Assembly: GCF_018398935.1 (NCBI RefSeq) | Contig: NZ_CP074694.1 | Coordinates: 4,950,001-4,982,000 of the forward strand | Source: Telmatocola sphagniphila | Lineage (GTDB): Bacteria > Planctomycetota > Planctomycetia > Gemmatales > Gemmataceae | Reading direction: 5' to 3' | Length of the DNA stretch: 32,000 nt | In this document: positions 26,204 through 32,000 of the stretch, piece after piece | How positions within the stretch are numbered: position 1 is the first letter of the stretch | How the letters are laid out: every line of letters begins with the position of its first letter | Notes under the pieces: generated by a model | Database searches by the model: none | The model's input: only the letters and a program-made list of their open reading frames with translations | What the model was told of the DNA's origin: nothing | Program-made: the position numbers and the translations under genes

Positions 26204-27115
26204 TCAATTCAACAGAAGTTGCTTCGCACCCGCATCCAGCAGTTTCCCGGCCAGTAGAGCGCCTAACTCTTGGGGCCGATCCGACGCACCAGAGATTTGA
26301 TCGTAAATCCTTTGTCGCCCATCCTGAGAGAGTACCGCCGCCCGCAAGGTGAGGGTTTCTGCCTCCGCGATGGACTGCACGCCGATCGGCACCAGACAGC
26401 CGCCGCCTAAAGCGAACAGCATACTCCGCTCGGCCAGCACGGCGTTCCAAGTTTTGGGATCGTTGATCGTGCGTAAGGCTTCGACCGCCTCTACATTATC
26501 CTCGCGGCATTCCAGCCCGATGGCCCCCTGACCGACCGCCGGGAGCATCCACTCCGGATCGAGCCGTTCGGTAATTTGATTCTCGAAACCCAATCGAATC
26601 AGACCAGCCTGAGCGAGAATGATGCCATCGAGATTCTGATCGCGCAGCTTGCGCAGCCGGGTATCGACGTTGCCGCGCAGGTCAATGAGATTCAAATCGG
26701 GCCGGCGGTTTAGAATTTGCGCCCGTCGCCGAAGCGAACTGGTACCCAACGTGGCCCCGGCAGGAAGATCATCGAATTTCGAATATTTATGCGAAATGAA
26801 GGCATCGCCGATAGGAGCTCGGGCTGGTGTGGCGATCAGCTTTAATCCCTCGACAAATAGCGTCGGCAAATCCTTCAGACTGTGAACCGCGACATCCACC
26901 CGGCGATCCAGCAGGGCGTTCTGAATTTCCCGGGTGAAAACACCGAAGCCCCCCATGGCCGATAGCGGTCGATCTTGAACGGCATCGCCAGTGGTTTCAA
27001 TCCGTACCAGTTCCACGCTGCCGACGGAGGGCACTTGGCGGAGCAAATCGGCAATATGGTTGGCCTGCCAGAGTGCCAGCGCGCTGGCGCGAGTTCCAAT
27101 TCGAATGTGCGTCAT
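26204..27115 (-). CDS. hemC: Hydroxymethylbilane synthase (porphobilinogen deaminase)
   Basis: IRIGTRASALALWQANH, ETTGD and VHSLKDLP motifs, plus the cofactor-binding GGGCLVPIG. Length 303 aa. Confidence 0.96.
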   Translation of the reverse strand: MTHIRIGTRASALALWQANHIADLLRQVPSVGSVELVRIETTGDAVQDRPLSAMGGFGVFTREIQNALLDRRVDVAVHSLKDLPTLFVEGLKLIATPARAPIGDAFISHKYSKFDDLPAGATLGTSSLRRRAQILNRRPDLNLIDLRGNVDTRLRKLRDQNLDGIILAQAGLIRLGFENQITERLDPEWMLPAVGQGAIGLECREDNVEAVEALRTINDPKTWNAVLAERSMLFALGGGCLVPIGVQSIAEAETLTLRAAVLSQDGRQRIYDQISGASDRPQELGALLAGKLLDAGAKQLLLN

Positions 27116-27579
27116 GAAAGGATAAGCTTCAGTTGGTTCTTGAGTCTTTGGGAAATTTCTGCTCGGGAGTGCGTGCCAGTTTCCAGACGCCGCTTCTCTT
27201 CCGGGGAACGATCGGCTTTTTCCAACTCAAACCAGGCCGCTCGGAGTCGATCCGGTTCTTGAAGAGAACGCGGGAACAGGTGCCAGTGCAAATGCGGCAC
27301 CTGATTTCCCAGCAGTTCGTAGTTCAGCTTATGCGGCTGGTACGCTTTTTCGACCGCCTCGGCCAGAGTGGCCATTTCGTCTAGAAAAGCGGAACGGCGA
27401 GGCCCCAGCTGCGAGAGTTCACTGTGATGAGTCTTGGAAATCAGCACGCAGTAGCCGGTGTAATACTGCCAGGGCCCGAGAAACGCGACCGAGTTTTCAA
27501 ATTCCCAGACGATATCTTCGGGGGGCAATGCCGCCAGATTTTGAAGCTTCTGACAAAAGGGGCAGGTGGTACTGGTCAT
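27112..27579 (-). CDS. HIT-family (histidine triad) protein
   Basis: Histidine-triad motif HLHWHLFPR and an N-terminal CPFC. The stop overlaps the hemC start as ATGA. Confidence 0.9.
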   Translation of the reverse strand: MTSTTCPFCQKLQNLAALPPEDIVWEFENSVAFLGPWQYYTGYCVLISKTHHSELSQLGPRRSAFLDEMATLAEAVEKAYQPHKLNYELLGNQVPHLHWHLFPRSLQEPDRLRAAWFELEKADRSPEEKRRLETGTHSRAEISQRLKNQLKLILS

Positions 27580-27759
27580 CGGTGTTCCAATGTCAATTCA
27601 TTCCTTGACGCGTTAATTTAACTTTCGATTTCAAACAACTCTCTTCGTGGCGAAGCCACCCATCTGTCCTCTGTGTCCTCTGTGGTTAAATTTCTTGTCT
27701 TCAAATCTACACCGAAATCGACGCAGCAACCTTACGCTCGGATACATGGCCCAACACAG

Positions 27760-28314
27760 CTACAACCGCGGTTCCAGATCGGGCGGCAAATCGCCGCGTT
27801 GCTTATCCTTGGCAAACGCTTCGATGAATTCTTCGATCTGCTTGCGGGTATTCATCCGGCCAATCGGACCCATCTTGTCGATGAATAAGGCCCCTTGCAG
27901 ATGGTCTACTTCGTGCTGCCAGAGCCGTGCGCCCAGATCGTTCGAAACCATCTCGAACAATTCCCCCTTCAGGTTGTAGGCCTGCACGCGAACCGTTTTA
28001 TAGCGTCGGATATTGGTGAAGACTCCCGGAAAGCTCAGACAGCCTTCCCGGTCATTCACCTGGGCTCCCTGCATATTGACGATCACCGGGTTGATGGCCA
28101 CACATTCGTTTTCTTTTTCTTCCGGCTTCCCGGAGAAATTCATCACCAGTATCTGCAACGGCAGTCCCACCTGGGGACCGGCCAGCCCCAGGCCTTCGTG
28201 CTTGTACATCAGCTCCAGCATCTCGCCGGCCTGAATGGCCAATTCCTTGGAAATCGTCGATATCGGCTCGGCCTTGGCCCGCAATACCGGGTGTGGGTAA
28301 TTCAGAATCTTCAT
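27760..28314 (-). CDS. def: Peptide deformylase
   Basis: All three PDF motifs are present: GLGLAGPQVG (motif 1), EGCLSFPG (motif 2) and QHEVDHL (motif 3). Confidence 0.95.
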   Translation of the reverse strand: MKILNYPHPVLRAKAEPISTISKELAIQAGEMLELMYKHEGLGLAGPQVGLPLQILVMNFSGKPEEKENECVAINPVIVNMQGAQVNDREGCLSFPGVFTNIRRYKTVRVQAYNLKGELFEMVSNDLGARLWQHEVDHLQGALFIDKMGPIGRMNTRKQIEEFIEAFAKDKQRGDLPPDLEPRL

Positions 28315-28455
28315 AATGGTATTTTAATGGCGCCCGGCCTCGAAAAGGTAGTGCCGGCGTCCGAGAAACAGGACCCAAGAAATCGGGAGAGACTTCTCAC
28401 CACCCGATGCGGTATTATATCTCCTTCGACGAACGGCCCTCGATGACGGAACTCC

Positions 28456-29820
28456 ATGCGCTGGATCTTCTTTGCGGCTCTTATCCTTTTGACGGCCCTG
28501 GTGCTGCAGGCCGGCCTGCTGGCCTTCGCCATGTACGTACTACTGGGGCTTCTGCTGCTGTCGCGCTGGCTGGCGAAAGAATGGATCACTGGGCTGACGG
28601 CGAAACGGGAAAGCCGCACGCTGGAACCGGCCGAAATCGGCGACAAAGTCGAGATCAAAGTTAAGGTGAAAAATAGCGGCCGGATCACCGTGGCCTGGTT
28701 GCTTCTCGAAGATTTACTGCCTGAAAAAGCCCGCCGGCAAAAACGCTTCCGACTCAAAGGCAAAGCCATCAAGATCGCAATGCTGCGGGCCGGTAAGACC
28801 GCCGTGCTGAAGTATAACATTTTGTGCGAAATGCGCGGGCTGTTTCAAATCGGGCCGACCATTCTGGAAACCGGGGATCTCTTCGGGCTGCATCGCCGGC
28901 ATCGCATCGTCACCCAGCCGATATTTCTAATGGTCTATCCCAAGGTGCTGCCGCTGCCCAAGTACAACTTCGCTTCGCAGCGGCCGATTGGCGAAGTGAA
29001 TATGGCCCATCGCCTTTTTGAAGATCCCACCCGCCATGCGGGTGTCCGGCCCTACCAGATCGGCGATCCGTTGCAGCGTGTGCACTGGCGGGCGACCGCC
29101 CGGACCGGCGAGATCATGTGCAAAGTGTACGATCCGACTTCGCTGGCCGGGGCCACCATTCTGCTCGACTTTCACATCGATAGCTATCACAAACGAGGCG
29201 AGCCGCACCGTTCGGAACTCGGTGTCACCGCCGCCTGTTCCATCGCCTACGCCGTGAGTCTTTTGAATCAGCAGGTCGGCCTCTGCACCAATGGCAAAGA
29301 CGCCGCGGATCGCGTACGGCTGAATGTGCACATCCAGGAAGGGGAAGATACTTCCACCAACAGCTACGAAACCCGGGAAGAAGCCAAAAAGGAAGGGGCG
29401 ATGCAGACCAGCAGCGATCGTCTCCGTCCGATGGTAGTGGAAACGCGCCGGGGGATTGAACAGTTTCAGAAAATCCGGGAAACTCTAGCCCGCATCGAAC
29501 TGACCGATGGCCTGCCGTTCGCGCGCATGGTCTTTGAATTGATCGGTCGCATTCCCCGGGATGCCACCATCATTGCGCTGTTGGGAACCGTGACTCCCGA
29601 AAATGCCAACGCCCTCGGGACTTTGCGCCGCCAGGGTTTTGCCATCACGGTGATTTGTCTGATGATGGACGAGAGCGAGGAAACGGAAAAATCGATCGGT
29701 CGGCTCTACGCGGAAGGGATTCGGGACGTTCGCCATTTGCCCAATGAAGAGGCTCTCTCTCAACTGTGCGAACAAAGCACCTTCGGCGGCACGCCCTACA
29801 GCATGGCCGTGGCCTATTAA
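28456..29820 (+). CDS. DUF58 domain-containing membrane protein (vWA-like, usually partnered with MoxR)
   Basis: N-terminal double TM segment (MRWIFFAALILLTALVLQAGLLAFAMYVLLGLLLLS). DUF58 hallmark GVRPYQIGDPLQRVHWRATARTGEIMCKVYDP. The 169-aa minus-strand ORF at 28311-28820 is a shadow. Confidence 0.85.
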   Translation: MRWIFFAALILLTALVLQAGLLAFAMYVLLGLLLLSRWLAKEWITGLTAKRESRTLEPAEIGDKVEIKVKVKNSGRITVAWLLLEDLLPEKARRQKRFRLKGKAIKIAMLRAGKTAVLKYNILCEMRGLFQIGPTILETGDLFGLHRRHRIVTQPIFLMVYPKVLPLPKYNFASQRPIGEVNMAHRLFEDPTRHAGVRPYQIGDPLQRVHWRATARTGEIMCKVYDPTSLAGATILLDFHIDSYHKRGEPHRSELGVTAACSIAYAVSLLNQQVGLCTNGKDAADRVRLNVHIQEGEDTSTNSYETREEAKKEGAMQTSSDRLRPMVVETRRGIEQFQKIRETLARIELTDGLPFARMVFELIGRIPRDATIIALLGTVTPENANALGTLRRQGFAITVICLMMDESEETEKSIGRLYAEGIRDVRHLPNEEALSQLCEQSTFGGTPYSMAVAY

Positions 29821-30515
29821 CGCATCTTCAATTTACCGGTCGTGTAAACTTCTTCGAGCATGTTCTTGGCCATCGGGGGCAAGGGGCCGTCGTGCACGGT
29901 CTGCATGGTCAGATGCGCGGCGTAGTCGACCCGCTTCAACTGAATGTCGTGATCGATAATCATCGCATAGGCACAGCGGGGATCCCCGTCGCGCGGCAGT
30001 CCGATGCTGCCGGGGTTGATGACGGTCGTCCCGCCGACTTTCAAGGTGTAGGGTATGTGCGTATGTCCGACGCAGACATAATCGACGTTCAGACCTTCCA
30101 ATCTCGGCGCCCAGAAATTGAGATCGGGCGGCGCGTATTCATCCATCGGGTCCCATGGCGAAGCGTGACAGAGCATGAAGCGTTTGCCATCGAGTGTAAG
30201 AAACTGGGTTAAGGGCAAACTCGACAGATAGCCCCGTTCGTCTTCGGTGAGATTCTCGATGGTCATCGGCCGGGTCACACTTGTCAGGTAGCGAAAGCCG
30301 ACGTTACCCATGGTGTTGATGCGCTGCGCGGCCCCGTGGTCGTGATTGCCGCGCACACCATAGGAGGCGTTCTTGCGCACCCATTCGATGCAGGGGGAGG
30401 GCTCGGGACCATAGTCGACCAGGTCGCCCAGGAACAGGCAAATATCGAACTCGTCCTGCACCGCTTGCAGCGCCTGCCAGTTGCCGTGAATATCGGAGAC
30501 CAGAAGAATTCGCAT
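29817..30515 (-). CDS. Metallophosphoesterase (YfcE/MJ0936-like)
   Basis: The ATG at 30513-30515 gives MRILLVSDIHGN (motif I). LGDLVDYG (II), GNHD (III) and CVGHTH (V) are also present. Its stop overlaps the DUF58 stop by 4 nt in a convergent arrangement. Confidence 0.85.
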   Translation of the reverse strand: MRILLVSDIHGNWQALQAVQDEFDICLFLGDLVDYGPEPSPCIEWVRKNASYGVRGNHDHGAAQRINTMGNVGFRYLTSVTRPMTIENLTEDERGYLSSLPLTQFLTLDGKRFMLCHASPWDPMDEYAPPDLNFWAPRLEGLNVDYVCVGHTHIPYTLKVGGTTVINPGSIGLPRDGDPRCAYAMIIDHDIQLKRVDYAAHLTMQTVHDGPLPPMAKNMLEEVYTTGKLKMR

Positions 30516-30642
30516 TAAGAGAACATAGAAGATGAAAGTATGAAGGGGCAATCAGTTACGTCGATTTTCGATCAGATAGTTTACCGGAAGCGAACGGCAC
30601 TTTCCTCCGCCAATATTTAAAAGGAATCAATTAATTCCGTCG

Positions 30643-31866
30643 TTGAAGGCGGGAACTTCTCCGGTAGAACAAGGGGTGCTGGATTCGGCACCGGAGCTAC
30701 TGGAGAAACCTTTGCTCGATATTTTAATGTTTCTTCTGGCCTGGCTCGGCCACGCCTGCTTCATGATGGTCCTGCTGAACATGGCCTATTCGATGCCCTG
30801 GGACCGCAATTTCCGGAAAGTATTTCGACTGTTGATGGGCCTTTGGATTTTTCTGGGGCCACTCTATTACTACTACCTCTTCGGACAGATTAATCCACTG
30901 AACACGCACGCCCGCGGCACGGTGCTGATCCTGGCGCATGCTTTGTACATGGGTATCTCTTTTACCTTCGCCATCGTCGCTTTGCCTTTGATCACGATCG
31001 TCCGGCTGCGACGTAAACCGCCCAAAAATCTGCTCCGCGAAACCACCGAAGTGCTGGATGTGGAACAGGTGCTCGGCCACAAACCCGTGGGAGATGGCAA
31101 ATATCACTTCCTGGCGGACCTGCCATTCAACATGCTGTTCAAGGTCGACTTCACCACCTTGAGAATCGGTATCCCGAATCTGCCGGCCGAGTGGGAAGGG
31201 CTGACCATCCTGCATCTGAGCGATATGCACTTCATCGGCACGCCGGGCAAGGAGTACTTCGATGCGATTGTGGAAAAGTGCCTGGAATATGGACCCCACG
31301 ATCTGGTGGTGATCAGCGGCGACATCATTGACACCAACAAGCATATCGCCTGGATCGAACCGATTCTCGGCCGGCTCAAAGGCACACACGGCACCTACGC
31401 CATTCTCGGAAATCACGACTGGTGGCAGGATTCGGATGCCGTGCGGTCGAAGTTGCGCGAACTGAACATCACCGTGCTGGGAAACAACTGGGAAACCGTG
31501 AAAATCAAGGGTCAGCCGATGACGATCATCGGCAACGAACAACCCTGGTTTCATCCCGGGCCCGACCTGTTCGCGGCCCCCAGCGGCGTATTCAAATTGC
31601 TGATCAGCCACACTCCCGATTACGTCTATTGGGCGGCATCGAAGGGCGTGCAGCTCATGCTCTCGGGGCACAATCACGGCGGGCAGCTTCGTCTGCCGAT
31701 CTTTGGATCGATTTTCGTGCCGAGCTGGTACAGCCGGCGATTCGATATGGGGACATTTGCCGTCAAAGGCACGATGCTACACGTCAATCGCGGCATGGGT
31801 TCCAAGGAACCGTTGCGGTTTTTGTGCAATCCCCAGGTCTCGCGCATCCTCCTGGAACGGATCTAA
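30643..31866 (+). CDS. Membrane-anchored metallophosphoesterase (calcineurin-like, YkuE-type architecture)
   Basis: About 3 N-terminal TM segments, then ILHLSDMHF, VISGDIID, LGNHD and SGHNHGGQ. The start is uncertain: a non-ATG start at 30643 or the ATG at 30727. Confidence 0.85.
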   Translation: MKAGTSPVEQGVLDSAPELLEKPLLDILMFLLAWLGHACFMMVLLNMAYSMPWDRNFRKVFRLLMGLWIFLGPLYYYYLFGQINPLNTHARGTVLILAHALYMGISFTFAIVALPLITIVRLRRKPPKNLLRETTEVLDVEQVLGHKPVGDGKYHFLADLPFNMLFKVDFTTLRIGIPNLPAEWEGLTILHLSDMHFIGTPGKEYFDAIVEKCLEYGPHDLVVISGDIIDTNKHIAWIEPILGRLKGTHGTYAILGNHDWWQDSDAVRSKLRELNITVLGNNWETVKIKGQPMTIIGNEQPWFHPGPDLFAAPSGVFKLLISHTPDYVYWAASKGVQLMLSGHNHGGQLRLPIFGSIFVPSWYSRRFDMGTFAVKGTMLHVNRGMGSKEPLRFLCNPQVSRILLERI

Positions 31867-31869
31867 AAA

Positions 31870-31904
31870 AAGAACTCGAGGACGCGTTCCTCCCGGCCGT
31901 TCTT
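31870..31904 (+). terminator. Candidate compound stem-loop after the metallophosphoesterase gene
   Basis: An outer AAGAAC (31870-31875) / GTTCTT (31899-31904) stem and an inner GAGGA (31878-31882) / TCCTC (31888-31892) stem. The following sequence, TCTTAAATAA, is only weakly U-rich. Confidence 0.3.
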
Positions 31905-31918
31905 TCTTAAATAATATC

Positions 31919-32000
31919 ATGGGTCAATTACTCTGCCGCACGGCCGGGGTTTCTGAGGTCGAATCGGCCCTGAAGCTTCTCCGGGATCCCCGTCTGAGCG
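31919..32000 (+). CDS. Possible 5' end of a CDS running off the window (function unknown)
   Basis: The ATG at 31919 opens a frame (MGQLLCRTAGVSEVESALKLLRDPRLS...) that stays open to the window edge. It is too short to classify. Confidence 0.25.
   Translation, partial: MGQLLCRTAGVSEVESALKLLRDPRLS

Overview
The window looks like ordinary chromosome from a Planctomycetota-like (PVC) bacterium, with mid-50s % GC judged by eye. It holds about 27 well-supported CDS plus one weak edge fragment. I saw no rRNA, tRNA, CRISPR array, transposase or integrase. Housekeeping genes (mnmA, hemC, def, a HIT protein, a 2-Cys peroxiredoxin) sit among many secreted or envelope proteins. The lineage guess rests on four observations: a TAT-signal Gfo/Idh/MocA oxidoreductase, a secreted FGE/SUMF1-family protein, an FG-GAP protein with an N-terminal L-x-L-E-x-x-E-x-R-x-x-P-A motif, and ECF sigma and DUF58 genes. 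It remains an inference. Items worth a second look: (1) A possible envelope-spanning peptide-harvesting cluster at 5.2-14.3 kb. It comprises an ECF sigma with a coupled membrane protein, a 1005-aa M1 metallopeptidase fused to an Omp85-type C-terminal beta-barrel, a secreted S46 dipeptidyl-peptidase and an OPT oligopeptide transporter. (2) A roughly 500-bp block of nested tandem repeats (19-20 bp units, then 131-138 bp hairpin-rich units) filling the convergent gap between the two peptidase genes. (3) An AbiEi/AbiEii type IV toxin-antitoxin / abortive-infection pair. Its start codon lies 8 nt from a perfect, AT-rich 54-bp palindrome. (4) A CotH kinase-like protein bracketed by GPGG-type low-complexity tracts and ending in two LTXXQ motifs. 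(5) An FG-GAP repeat protein with no classical signal peptide and an acidic G/D/S tail. All functional calls come from motifs read in the supplied translations. No database search was run.
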